DNA from: Hydrolagus affinis
Lineage: Eukaryota
Reading direction: 5' to 3'
Assembly (NCBI GenBank): GCA_012026655.1
Contig: JAAILG010000199.1
Location: forward strand, 62,001 to 126,000
DNA length: 64,000 nucleotides
Part shown: one piece after another, positions 13,699 through 27,149 of the stretch
Layout of the letters: each line of letters starts with the position of its first letter
Position numbering within the stretch: the stretch's first letter is position 1
Made by a program: the position numbers and the translations under genes
Notes under the pieces: model-generated
What the model saw: only the letters and a program-made list of their open reading frames with translations
What the model was told of the DNA's origin: nothing
The model's database searches: none

Positions 13699-13829
13699 GA
13701 TGACCCAAATTAACAGACAAATTTTTGTTTGTATCCCTTGATCCTCTCCCGTCTAGCTGACTCATGCTTGCCTACGGTTCCAAGAGTGCTCAGGAGTCCG
13801 ATGTGGCTGCTCGTTCGTCGCCTGTTAAT

Positions 13830-14090
13830 CTAAACAATGAAAGTTCGTCAGACAATGGGGAGCATCAAAGCTGAATCTGTTTTACATGAGCTACACGCAG
13901 GTACATTTCAACAGGGTTTACTGGTTAGAGATTAAGAGCTTGCAAGCTAACTGATTTCCCCTCTTCTTCATCTGAACCATCAAAGGCCAAATGCAGCATT
14001 CTACCTCCATAGTGGTAGGGACATGGGATTAGTCGGGCTCAGTTTTCCTTTGGCAGCAGTTTTACAAACTGTGTAACTGGAAAAAACTTA
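13830..14090 (-). mobile_element. Ancient SINE-like remnant
   Basis: GGGGAGCATCAAAGCTGA...CTGATTTCCCCTC...GGCCAAATGCAGC resembles, from memory, a common chondrichthyan SINE. Degenerate. Confidence 0.3.
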
Positions 14091-15599
14091 GCACTCACTT
14101 GGAGAAATGTAAAATGCAGTTGTTATTTCCCCCCTACCCTGGTACTGTCCAGTTTACAGTCAAAGTATACGGTAGATATCATCAAATATAGCAAATTATT
14201 TTAAAGGAACAATAAAGATTAATACATGTATTCAGTTTCTGGTCAATGCAGGAAGCCAGACCCATCGACAGACTGTAAAGTCTTCATCTGGCAGACTTAG
14301 TGCAAACTATTTTCTCGTTCTCTCAAACAGGCTGCCTCCGTTCCTCTATACTCGGACAATCTGTTCCTCGAATCTCACCATATTTGAGATATTGACCTCC
14401 CAGAGGCATTTGATGACCTTCGAATGAGGAATCTGATGTCAGTAGCGAGCAATTTGTGTATTAGTGCTGCTGGTAAAGAACTTGATTGTGTGAAGGTCTT
14501 CAGCTTGTTTCCTCCAGACAAAACCCCACACAATGTTTTCTGTATTATCCAGAAGAACACTTAACAATAGGTTCCTAGAAGGTCACAGTATATGGAGCCT
14601 TTTTTCATATTAACTTTAAAGTAACCTTACCCATTTTTGCAATTTTTCATCTTTGATCCACACATTTTTTGAGCATGTTATACTTGCTTTGTGTTTCAAT
14701 ATACCTCATATTATATTTAAACACATTAAATCCATTTGCCATCCAATTAATTATTCAGATTGCTTTGAATGTGCTATTACTTCCTTGAGGTTTGAACCAT
14801 AAAAGCTTCACATGTGAAATACTTCAATCAAATACCTACTGAAAATTCAAATATGAATGTGTTGCTCTCATGCATTAGTGAATACAATTCTAGGTTTGTA
14901 AGGCATGAGTTATTGCTTCTTAATTCATGATGGCTGCTGCCAATGTTCTCTTGTGTTTATCATGCTGAAGTATATAGCCCGTCAGCGGTTTGGAATATTT
15001 AGATATTATTAACGCTTGAAAATGCTGGCCTTGAATCCACCAGAAATGATTGCTGAATGTGGCCAAGAAAAATCGCAGAGTCAGCCATTAAATCGTTTCA
15101 TTAGAACACCAAATAGCTACAAATTAAACCGGTGACTGTAGTGACTGTTTGTTTCAGTAGCACGAAAGATTTAAAGTAACGTTGACTTTAGCATTACTAT
15201 GAAAAGATAACAGATTTTCAGATAATAGGTAAACAAGACCACTCATTTAAATACCTTACTCTAGGCTGAGTTTGTTTATAACACTGATCTCACATAGACC
15301 CACGGTTACTAGAAGTGAAATTCAATTTCAGCCTTCAGCATGCTCTAGTTATGATGTTGTGCATAAAGCTGAATGGTCGACAACGGAAACCACAGATGAT
15401 TGACAACCGATGGGTCAATAACTCTGTTTGAAATTTGGATCCCACTATCAACGATACAGAGAACCTAGCAGATTGAAAGAAAAGTATCAGGCCATCTATC
15501 AGTCCTTTCAGCCCATCTTCATTCTAAACTGGGTGAAGATCAAAATGTGGAAATGACTTCTGTGCATGTGATTTCTTTAATATTAGATCACGTTTATTT

Positions 15600-16247
15600 C
15601 ACATGGGCTGGAATTCCTGACCAGAGTCTGAAATCACTTCCAGGCTCGACTACGGGAACTCTCTCCTCATCGGTCTCCCCAGCTCCTCCCTTCGCAGGCT
15701 GCAGATCATTCAGAATTCTGCAGCTCGTGTACTCTCCTGCACCAGGTTTCATGACCACATCACTCCCACCCTCGCCCGTCTCCACTGGCTCCCCATCACC
15801 CAGAGGATCGAATTCAAGATCCTTGTTCTCACTTTCAAGACCATTCACGGCCTTGCCCCTGCCTATCTCTCTGACCTACTGTCTCCCTATCAGCCTGCCC
15901 GTCCCCTCCATTCAGCAGACTCAGGCCTGCTCTGGTCCACTGCCCTAAATGCCCAACCATCAGCGGCCAGGCTTTCAGCCGCTCTGCTCCAACACTGTGG
16001 AACTCCATCCCGCAGCCCCTCCGCCTTGTTTCCTCCCTTTCCTCCTTCAAGGCCGGTCTCAAGACCTTCCTCTTCAACCGCGCTTTCGCCTGCCCACTAA
16101 CTCTTTCTCCCCTCCCACTCTCCTTCTCCCTACGTCAACCACCCACCTCCCCCCCACCCCTGGCTCGGGACCCGACCTGACTGTTCAGTACTTTGGGACA
16201 TCCTCCCGACGTGAAAGGCACTATATAAGTGCAATTTTGTTGTTGTT
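15600..16247 (+). mobile_element. L2-clade LINE 3' end
   Basis: Encodes LQIIQNSAARVL...HITPTLARLHWLP...RIEFKILVLTFKTIHGLAPAYLSDLL and ends in a stem-loop plus (TTG)n. Confidence 0.92.
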
Positions 16248-18422
16248 AAAAGTTCTCAAGGGCAAAAATGGAATATTTAAAATGGTATTTTAAGAACATT
16301 GGTAAGAGATATTGTATTTTGAAATGCAAAGTTGCGCAACTTAGTTTGTTTCCCAGAAGATAAAATATTAGCTCTCCTACTGGGATCTGGACCATTCCAT
16401 TTCTGAAGCTGTGTTTCATGTACTGCAGGATCTGGAATGTTATGGGCAACCAAACCTAATTTCTGAAGTCATTATTCAAATGGTCTCACTCTCCACAGAT
16501 TGCTCTGACCCCAGATATGACTGGGAATCAGAGAACATTCCAACTCTACATTCCATCACCATGTATTTTACTTCATTCTCCTTTTTTTCTTCGTGAAACT
16601 TTACGCTCATCAACCTGAGGGATGTTTTGAAATGTAACATTTTGTCGAGAGACACCCCCAGGTAAGCAAAAAAAACGCATCGATTCAATTTAAAATGAAA
16701 CTTCCTTTAGTCTCCCCTAGCAATGCATTTTGAATGCCTAAATCCAAACAACCATCAGTTGGAATCCATAATGGACAGACTAAGATATGAGCTCAAACTC
16801 GCTAGCTAGGGCTTGAACCCACAATCTTATGTCTCTGAGGTGAAAATGCTACTGACCGAGCCAAACTAATACGGTTCTGAACTGAGTATACTTTCCATAG
16901 GTATGACACTGATCGAAATTTATCAGAATGTCTCTCTATTGAACAAAAATCCTCAGTTGGAATTTAAGAAATAAATGTTGTGCAAGGAATCATGTACTTG
17001 GAGTAAATAACAGCATTTCACTATTAATTCTACGTCCTACTTCACGTGCACACACTTTAATAATATGTGTTGAAGCACATTAACAGATACTTTTTGATGC
17101 TGTCCTCCAATAAATCTTACACAGCCACTCTGCTGTAAATGTTTGATCATTTCTTTTCAAAATGTCAAATTATGCCTTCAGAAAACATGATCTCAGTTTT
17201 TTATTTACCCAAAGGATAAATCCTTTCCTCTGATTTTCTCAATGTATTCTTTAGTCTTCATATGATCACTGTTCTAACAAATACTGGCTAATAATCTTTG
17301 AAAAGCCAACGGTATTCCCACAGGTCCCGGTAATTGACTAGCGTGAGTAATTAATAGTGAAATCCTCCAGATGTGAAGCATTTATCTGATCAACATTCTG
17401 TGCAACATCCCTGAACTGTACAAATACGTATTTGGTTAATAAATAAAGCAATTTACACTTAGACAATTTCATCCAGTTGATTATGTACATTTTATACTAA
17501 CCCTCTTTTCCCTTGGTATTCTTGGTGGTGGTTTTACAATTTAATCATATAATATTTACTTTGAATATGTGGAACTATTTTAATAACATTCACATTTATA
17601 ATGTTATAGTATGTTACTGCTGCATTATACAAACTGAACACCTTCTTAGACATCTGATTATGAGATCGCGTTTGATAGGTTCTATCCTCAAGTTCAGCTC
17701 CTGGCACTCAGATTTCTGAACCAGCTGCTGCAGTCTTGCACAACATTGATTTGTACATTGAGGACATTTGAACATAGTACGTAATAATAATTTAAATGTT
17801 TGAAAAAAAACAATAATATTCACCCAATACAATCAATTTTGTATCCACTCACCACTTGGTCTTCTGTAGCTAAAACTTTTGCAAGCTGCACCATGAAATC
17901 TCACGTTCTGAATCTTGCTTTGAGAAAAAAGAGCCAATGGCTTTAGTATACAGTATGTTAGCTATTGAATGACAAGATGCCTTTTTGGTTACACTTGTAA
18001 TTAACTTACAGATCAGGTTCTGTCTCAAAATACATCCCATCAAATTGACAGCTCAATTAGTTCCCTTCACTGGAATGTCAGAACATAGCTGCAAAGCTAG
18101 ACTCATGGAAATACGATTGACCTTGAAAAAGCAATACCTTTATAAAGTCTTTATAGGTGTTATATCAGATGGAGATCAGAAACACGTCTGGTAAAATGCA
18201 ATCATATCCTTAGGAGTTCATGAGGCATTACAAGACGTACACTATAGTCAAATAAAGCTCCGCATTTATTTTAAGGCTGATATCTTCCTTCTATGCTTGT
18301 TTCCTTTCAATCATATCAATATCTCACAAATATTTGTGGAGGTTACATTGAATTTCGACAGTCAATTGAACTGTTTGTGTCAATTTATAGTGCTCACTGA
18401 GCAGCTAAAGTATAAGTGACCA

Positions 18423-18673
18423 TTGCAACAAAAACAGAAATCGCTGGGAACACACAGCAGGTTGGGCAGTATCTATGGAGAAAGTGAGTCAACGTTTCAG
18501 GTCCACGACTCTTTGACAGAACTGGAGCATGTTGGGAAGCACACTCTCCCGACATGTTCCATCGACGTTGACTCTCTTTTCCTTTCTCTATAGATGCTGC
18601 CTGACCTGCTGAGTGTTCCCAGCTATTTCTGTTTTTGTTTCAGACTTCCAGCGTCTGCAATATTTAGCATTTT
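18423..18673 (+). mobile_element. Non-autonomous Penelope-type fold-back element with a decayed hammerhead motif
   Basis: Long inverted arms with an inner hairpin and a one-sided extension of about 35 nt. Flanked by GTATAAGTGACCA (18410-18422) and GTATATGTGACCA (18674-18686). Confidence 0.75.
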
Positions 18674-19717
18674 GTATATGTGACCACTATCTTTTTTTTA
18701 TATAGCTGTTGATTTTTCATTTGATTTAATGGAATATTTAATGAGATACACTTATTCAAGCAGTTAAATATCTAGTCTGAAACTGAATTTGGACTCGTTG
18801 AAATTGAAGCTATAATGAGTGAGTGCTGCTAAATTTTTTAAGCAGTTCATTTTATTTGGAGGAATTGTGATGTATCACTTGATAAGCTGATGCAAAATCA
18901 TAATGCAGAAGAAATTATGTTTTCAGGAGAATGTATGTAATATTATCAATAATTCAAACCCTGAGTTTAGGTCAAAATGTTATGCTACTTGTAAATATTG
19001 TTTCATCAATGTTTTATGGAATCTATAATCCATAGGATGCGAAGGGGCTGCTAGTTTTAAGGTGCGGCCAAATACAAATGTAAATAAGGTGCTGAGTTCA
19101 CGTATGGAAAAGCAAGATGATGCTTTTAAAAATGCATTGGATTTTCTGATTCTTCAATTGTACATAATAAAACATTTTGCGCTGTCTACCTTTGAAAACA
19201 AATCAGCTGCAACGAGTAAATAACTTTCTGCAGACAATTACTGCAAGTAGCTCGTGTATTTGATTCATTTCAGATGTCTGCAATCTCTTTTGCATGCATT
19301 TAATGGTCCTACAAAATTCACACTTACTACATTTTACAGTAAATACTGTATTACATCAAATGAGAAGATTATCAAATATTTTTCAGCTAGTTGAAAATAT
19401 CGACAATCAAACAAAGGAACTTGATTTAACCACATCGACAAATAAACCTGCGTGGAAAGGGAAAAAATGCTTTTAGCCACATTACCAGTTGAATTACAAA
19501 TCATTGGCTGTGCTGCAAAGCCGCAGTGCAAAATGATTTGTGTAATTTGTTTTGAGATGTTCATCCTGCAATGTAACGATGACATAAGTGCACATTTTTG
19601 TACTTGTAGAGAATTCCGAAAACAAATAGTTTCCTCATGTGTAAAAAAGTCATTTTCACGCTTGAACAATTAAAGCTTTGGCAAACAAAATTTCTTCATG
19701 AAACATGAAATTTACAT

Positions 19718-19790
19718 CATAGAACTATACAGAATCATAGAGTTATACTGCACAGAAGGAGGCCATTTGGTCCATTGTGTCTGTGCCAGA
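19718..19790 (-). mobile_element. CR1 3' terminus
   Basis: ATCATAGAG...CACAGAAGGAGGCCATTTGGTCCATTGTGTCTGTGCC; a sister copy lies at 33273-33390. Confidence 0.65.
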
Positions 19791-21599
19791 AGCAATTTAC
19801 ATGCATCAATTTTGCCTTCTTGCCAATGAGTAGATTTGCTCTGTAGGGATTTACATCTTCAGCTCTGTTTTGTGATATATTGGGAGTGAGCCATGTCTCG
19901 TCTGCACCAGGTTTCGTCTTGCACTAGCTCCTCTAAGTTACTTAAAATACCAGCACACCCAACATAATTGTTTCAGTTACTCGACAACAAATTACATGTG
20001 TTATTTCAGTCCTGCAGCAATTTGGATCATTTAAAACTTTAACTTGAGTAACAATAAACCAGTTCATATTGCCTATTGTGAGATGGGATTTCAGTTACAG
20101 CAACTACAAATTGCTGCTTTTATTGGATTTATTATATAATATAACAAATATGTTAATATCATCCTGGTGCCAAAGTATTGTAGTACTAGCTGAAGTTTGA
20201 CGAAAGTGATTAGTCTTAATGGCGATTTTCAAACAATCTGCTTCTGGTACTTTCCATACTACAGTAGTTCAATTGGCCTTGTTTATTTTAGGGTGAATAT
20301 TATGATGGGATAATTTTCATGAGGTGTAGAAAGTAAGGCACAATTTTCACCTGAATTATCACCAGTTTTAGCTATCACATCATTAAAAACCTGTGAACTG
20401 GTTAACGAATTAGGCTAAGTTTTATCTGCCTGCATCCTTCTCTTCATACCTCTTTCAAAACCTCACCTAACAAATATTCATCGACCTTATTCTTGAACAT
20501 TCCAGTTGGCCCAGCATCCACAGCCTTTAGGGGGGAGAGGATTAAGGATTTCTACAACCCTTTCTACAAGAAATGCCTACTTGTTGTTGCTAAACGTTTG
20601 TCGGAGAAACAGGATACAAGAAGTTGTATGTTTGTAAGCTATCTCTCTCTCCGCCTTGTAGGTGTGTATACCATAATGGGAACATAATACAAAGATGCCC
20701 AGAGCAAGACCCTATCAATTTTCCTATGCCCAGTACTGAGAACTGAGCCTGCATTGTGTGCAGGTAAATCACCTGCAATATGTCTGGGAAAAGTGCCAGT
20801 TGTTCGTTGCGACCAAGAGGTTTGATAATTACAACTCTATTTTGCTCAGTCTGATCCTGGGGAAAGGATTATGTTGAACAAAAACACCGACACCTAAAGT
20901 GAAATATAATGAGCTGACAATCCCCCATTCTCCCCACCCAAGATTCACTTATCTGTGTTGGATTACAGCCTACACTCTCTCTTTCATGCTGCTAACCGAA
21001 GGCAGCATCCTTCCAGGTAATGGCTCTTCAGATGAATTATTATAGCGGCCAAGCCACGTGGCTGTGATTATCCTATTATACCTCTGACCCTTGAGCTTAT
21101 ACGAGTCATACATCAGTAAAGGATTTTACATACGCAGTAATATTTTGGTAACTTTTCATTCTGTACGGAGAATTGATAACTTTTCTTTGATTGTGGTTTT
21201 TGGAGCTGTAAAAAGCCCATAATATTATCTGTATTTCCACTCACGGGTTCAAGCCAACAGATTTTCATAAACCCACTCCTTGTGCTAATTGATCCGATAA
21301 GTCAATTTCAGTAATAACGGTTGCCCTTTTGGTTGAGAGACATTAAGTGTTTTTTTTTCCCCCTTTTGTAATTCATCAATGTGATGGCGATTTGTGTCTG
21401 ATGTGAAAATGATTGGTAGTAATTCAGCAACAACAAAATTACATTTGTATATCACCTTTCACATACTAAGGTGCTGAAATTCAAGCTCAACTGTTGAAAG
21501 CGAATCATCAAAAAGATATTTTTTAATATCCAAAGTAAGCTACTGGCAATTGTTTTATTTTGTATCCCTTGTTTTCCACATGATTTGATTATTTTGTAC

Positions 21600-21776
21600 A
21601 TACAATTCTGCCCTCAAAATAGAGTCACTTTGTAGCCTATTCTGTGAAGCGCTTTGAGACGTCTTGTAGAAGTGATAAGGCACTATATTGGGACGTCCTC
21701 CCGACGTGAAAGGCGCTCTATAAATGTAATTTGTTGTTGTTGTTGTTATATCAAATGCAAGGTTTATTATTATTAT
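21600..21776 (+). mobile_element. DeuSINE tail with a nested 58-bp L2 tail
   Basis: The L2 tail at 21689-21746 is flanked by duplicated TATAT inside the SINE tail. Confidence 0.8.
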
Positions 21777-23858
21777 ACCTCATGCTGCAATACCACCAAA
21801 TAATTCTCCCTCTCTTTCTATCTGTCTTCAGGTACTCTTGCACAGAAGGCTAGTTTTGTAGAAAAAAACACACTGGTGATACTATTGTGCACCACCATAT
21901 ATTGGAACGAGTTGCATTGATTTAAGATCCATAAACGATTACTGACATAGATTAATTAGATTCAACATACCACTCCTGGTGACACACACAAGAGTAGAAG
22001 CATAGACTTCAAGTCTTGAATAATAAAAGCAGGAAATCACTACTTATTTCCCAGTAAAAAAATGCCTACACAATTAATAATTATGACACAGATGGACTTT
22101 CAATGCCTTTGGACGTCCTCCCGACATAAAAGACTTTATGCAAATGGGATTTTGTTGTTGTTGTTGTTGAGATGGGAAGTTCCTGGTGTCAATTCTTGAA
22201 TGTTAAGAAACGTGTGTCATTTTACAATGCGTTTCTTGTGATAATTAACACAAGGGTTCCAAAACATTCATATTTCTCCCCCACATGTTGTTATACATGA
22301 CACAGCAAATGGCACTCAACTCCTCCTTATTAATCTAGAGAAAAAAAATCCATCGTATAAATTAAACAGTGTTTAGCTTAATGTTTCTTCAAAACCGATC
22401 AGAGAAACATGATGAAAGCATTACATAATAATAAAATAATAATAATAACCCTTACATTTATATAGCGCTTTCCACGTCTTATTGACATCTCAAAGCATTT
22501 TACAGAATACAACAACGTCCCAAGGTTGAGACCAGAGCATGGGGTGGAGGGAGAAGACAAGAGGGAAGAAAGGGGGAGAAGAGGTAATGTGTACTAGGGT
22601 GTAATCCATTGCTTTATATCTGCTACGATAACACTGTCTCTATGCCTTGTGAACATATTAGCTTGAGGCAGGTTGAATGAATGACATGCATAGACCTTTC
22701 GCCTGCCTCCTGAATCCTCAATTAATTCTTGCACATGTAACTGAACAGAATGAAAGGTCAATATTTACTTATGTATAGTTGACTTGGAGAGCATAACAAA
22801 TGCATAATTAAGTACTTTAAATAAAAATTTGTAAGTATTTCAAAAAAGTTATGTTGGAAAAATGTCACCAAACATCACTTACATAATTAAGTATTTCCCA
22901 GAAAATGCTGGATAATGGGGGGGAAAATGCAACAATTTCAAATGTGCTTCTTTAATAAGGAATCTAAGATGAGTAACTGGAGGCTTGTCATACAGAATCT
23001 TGCTCTGAACGCAGATTGTGTTGGAATTCCTTCAAATCAGCAGGATGCATTTCCCTATTAAGCAATCCTGAGAGAAATTGTCGGTTCTTACCACTCCATT
23101 AGACTACTTTTTAGAACACGAGTGAGGAAGCAATTTACGTGCAATTCATAGAAATCAATTAAAAAATGAAATGGAAAGAAAATAGGTATTATAATGAGAG
23201 TATGATTACAGTGCATTCATTGTAACAGAGGTTCTCAAACAAAGCATGGAAATATTAAAAGCCTGAACTGCAATAATTCAACGAGTGCATATGTAAGGGG
23301 AATTCTAAACAATTAGTGGGCTCTGTGGAAAACCTTGGATGCCAACACTCCAAAAGGGTCAAGAGCCTCTGTAGACTTGAACTCTGATTCATAATTAAGA
23401 ATGAAATGATGTATTTATCTATTCGCCATCTTGGGATTGAAGCCTACTGAAGAGGAATATCTAAAGTACACAGAACTGACTGTGAATCATTCCACTATTG
23501 GCTAATAACCCAGTAATCTACAATTAGATAAATCTAGCAGCCGTTTCTCTGATCTGCGGCTATCATTTAGAGATGGATGTCTTTCAAGTTAGGATTTTAG
23601 TTTCCTCGAATATGTACAGTATAAATAGTGCAAAGACGTAACCACTTTGCCAGGAGGTTTGATAGATGATTTTTACCACTACGGAAAGCTAGTTCCCATT
23701 TGTAAGAAACACCTTAACATCAGCCAATATCAGTCCAGGTTGTTCTGAACCTGAACAGGGAATCTTGTACACAGGGATGCAAAACTTAATGCAAAATATT
23801 CTTGAAATTTGCAATGAATTTTGCTATATCAAAAGGGCTTTTTGCTCATATGATGTTA

Positions 23859-24170
23859 CAATAATAATAATCCTTGAATTTAATAGAGCGCTTTTTCACA
23901 TCTTATCGACGTCTCAAAGTGCTTCACAGAATATATTGTAAAGTGAATTGACTGTATATTTGTGGACGAAACGCAGCAGCCAATTGTGCACAGCAGTATT
24001 CCACAGAAGGGTTGTAGACCCGAAACGTTGAATCTTTTTCCTTTCTCCATGGACGCTGCCTGACCTGCTGAGTTTCCCCAGCAACTTCTGTTTTTGTTCC
24101 ACAAACAGTTGTAGATTGAAATGACCAATTTATCATTATTGTTTTTTTGGAGGGATTATTATTATTAGGC
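23859..24170 (-). mobile_element. DeuSINE interrupted by a Penelope-type fragment
   Basis: The SINE consensus resumes on both sides of the 24006-24096 insert. Confidence 0.85.
24006..24096 (+). mobile_element. Single arm of the Penelope-type hammerhead element
   Basis: GAAGGGTTGTAGACCCGAAACGTTG...CTGACCTGCTGAGTTTCCCCAGC, with TSD TTCCACA at 23999-24005 and 24097-24103. Confidence 0.85.
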
Positions 24171-25155
24171 ATTTAAATTTAACATTGTTATTAAAGTCCG
24201 TTTTGTATTCTCTATTTCTTTCCTATACAAATTGAAGCCAAATTTAAGATGGCACACTCCTTACACAAATGTTATCTCCTAACGTGAATGGAGCTATACA
24301 AATTTAATTTTGTTGTTGTTGTTGTAGTGGTAATTGAAAAACTTGCAAGCTGGAACAGAATTTACAGCAAAGGGAGAAAATGGAGTATGTGATATAATCA
24401 TTATCACATTATTTTTCTCCTCAATTGTCATGCCGATAACAATTTTAAATACTCTATTTTGTTTTATGCAAAAACAAACCAACAAAAAAAAATGATAGCA
24501 GCCTTATAATGTGATTCATTTATTACCTTATTTCTTCAGGGCATTATAGTAGATACTATAATGTCTCAGTATACATTTTGCAGCACAAAGATTGAGGAGA
24601 GTACAGTGTAAAGTTGGCAACATTTTACTAAAGTTAGTGAGCCTAGATCATTAAAAAGAACTGAGCTGAGAGGAACATAAATTTAAATACAGTCGAGTCA
24701 CAGTCCATGCAACTAGAGGAAAATAATTATTGCAGTTTTATTTATTCAAGTGTTCACTTGATGATGGGGTTTCTCACCACCCCTTCCTCAAGACATGACT
24801 CAATATTGTATTACATTCCAAAGTGTGTACAGCAAGTCATGCAGTTCAGGTCATGCAGCTTTCCGACTTTCCATTATGATTATACATATGCTGCCATGCA
24901 TGAATCATTCATCAATTGTACTGTATATGCATTATTAATATTATTGATTATATAAGTCCTTTTTGCCATTGCATTAGAAGATTTTTTATGGTGGCATGCT
25001 TCCCAGAGCATCTCTAAAAACATCACTTTCCTGTAAACGATTAACTGGTCAGATATACAGTATTTGTAAAAAAAAAACATATTTAAGGTATTTAGATCAC
25101 TTGTTTTTTACATTTAAAATATTTGGAAATCATCATAGCTTGTGCTATTATCCTT

Positions 25156-25343
25156 ATAATAATAATCCCTGCATTTTGATATACTGTAGCACTTTTCATG
25201 TCTTCTAGATGTCTCAAAGCACTTCACAGAATATGCTGTAAAAATTAATTGACTAAATTTGTAGGCAAAACACGTCAGCCAATTGCAAGTAATTGTGCAC
25301 AGCAGTGTCCAACAAACAGTTGTGGTCTGAAGTGACCAATTTA
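25156..25343 (-). mobile_element. DeuSINE, 3' half
   Basis: Family tail and core are present. Confidence 0.8.
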
Positions 25344-25712
25344 TTTGATTTATATATTTGATTCCTTGAAAGCAACCTCCTGAAAGCTCTGTGTATTGCA
25401 GTATGAACCATGTTTATTCAATTTAGCAAAATACACTGGCTTGCCCAGAAGGTGAAGCCTCTGAGAACTCGCTAGTAAAAATACTTTTGCATTCCACATA
25501 TCTGCATAAAGGGTTATTTTGCTGCCTTGGATTGCTGTAGTTTTATCGTTTAATTAGGAGGTCAAACTCGAGAGTAGCCATTTTTTAAGATTCTTGCCTT
25601 AAAACTGCAGCACCGCACAATTATACTATATGGTTTTTAATTCATTTATAGGATTAATAACAAACCCAAACGTTACACTGGACATCATGAACTGGAACAA
25701 AATGCTGAGACT

Positions 25713-26240
25713 ACTAATAATAAGAACAACAATTCACATTTATGCAGCATCTTTGTACCTGGAGATGACCTAAGGTGCTGGACAATCGAGGGTTTGACGC
25801 TGAGATAGGGTTGGATTGGAGAGGGGTTAGGACCAGTGAGGTGGGGTTGGGAAGATAACCGAAGGCCCAGTCAAAGAGGAATGTCTTGGGATGGATCTCG
25901 AAGGAAGGAAGGTAAGGGGCGAGGTGAAGGGATGGAATTTCACATTTTGGGGGCAGAAAGGTTGAAAGCCTGACCACCTATGATAAACTGGTTTGGCAAG
26001 GCAGGGAACGTAAAGCAGGCCAGTGCCTGCCGAGTGGAGGGAGTAGGGCTTACGTTGATAACATTTTTGAAGATCATGGAGGTAGGGTGGGGCAACATTG
26101 TGGAGGACCTAACAGTGAGTATGAGGATCTTGAACTCAATCATCAAGGGGATGGGGAGCCAGTGGAGCCTGGCGTGGATGGGATTAGTAGGCTCGCAGAA
26201 ACTGGGGCTGGATACAACACAAACTGCAGAGTTCTGAATA
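25713..26240 (-). mobile_element. Older L2 LINE 3' end
   Basis: IEFKILILTV motif in ORF 25940-26146; L2 stem-loop and tail at 25715-25780. Confidence 0.8.
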
Positions 26241-26621
26241 GAATAATAATTCTAGCATTTGATGTAGCAACTTATCATGTCATTGAGATGTCTCAAAGTT
26301 CTTTGCAGGATATAGTACAATGTGATGTGACTGTGTGTAGTTTGTAGGCGAATATAAAACAACACAAATCACTGAATTGAAGTAGCTGTGTGAATCTTCT
26401 CAATTTACATGTATTGGAAGTTCACAGTAACTTTCCTACACTATTTCCAAGAATTTTTAAAATAAAATTGGTATATACTGTATATCTTTTTGATAGACTG
26501 ACTACAAACAGGTGCCTTGGGATTCTATGGTAATGAAGGCAAGCTTTCCAACTGATGTTCTACCAATTTGACATCAAAGATGTCAATTGGATTTCGACAG
26601 TAATTCAATAGAAATGCATTG

Positions 26622-26899
26622 CAATCTTTCTAGATGTCTCAATGTGCTTCACAGAATATACTGTAATGTGAATTGACTGCATATTTGTGGATAAAACACA
26701 GCAGCCAATTGTGCACAGCAGTGTCCCACAAAAAGTCATGGAATGAAATGACCAATTTCTTATTGACAATTTTACTTGAGGGATTAATACCAAGCGCGTG
26801 TAGCAAGGAAACTTGCCCAAGGTTTTGCCCCGCTGGGAATCAAACCCAAGTCTCTTGTTTGCGAGGCGATTGCTCTAACCACTGAGCTACAGAACTCCA
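26622..26899 (-). mobile_element. Near full-length DeuSINE
   Basis: A box, B box and Deu core on the minus strand. Confidence 0.88.
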
Positions 26900-27149
26900 C
26901 ATGTCCTACATGTATGAACTGTATACCAAAAGGATCAAAGCCATTCTGTTCCATGTTGCCTCAGTGAGTAATTCCACCATGTGATATGGTACATTTGAAC
27001 AGGTTTGGGATTCTAATGTTGCAACATTGAAGAATTGGTTTATTGCTGTTTTTATTTCAGCGCCTTGGGATGTTCTCCCGATGTGAAAGGCACTATACAA
27101 ATTTAATTTTATTGTTGTTGTAATGTTTAGTGATTCAGAAGAAAATCAC

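Noticed and set aside
22665-22709. Hairpin GAGGCAGG...CCTGCCTC as a pre-miRNA
   Set aside because: The stem is only about 12 bp with a large loop, and no mature miRNA is recognised.
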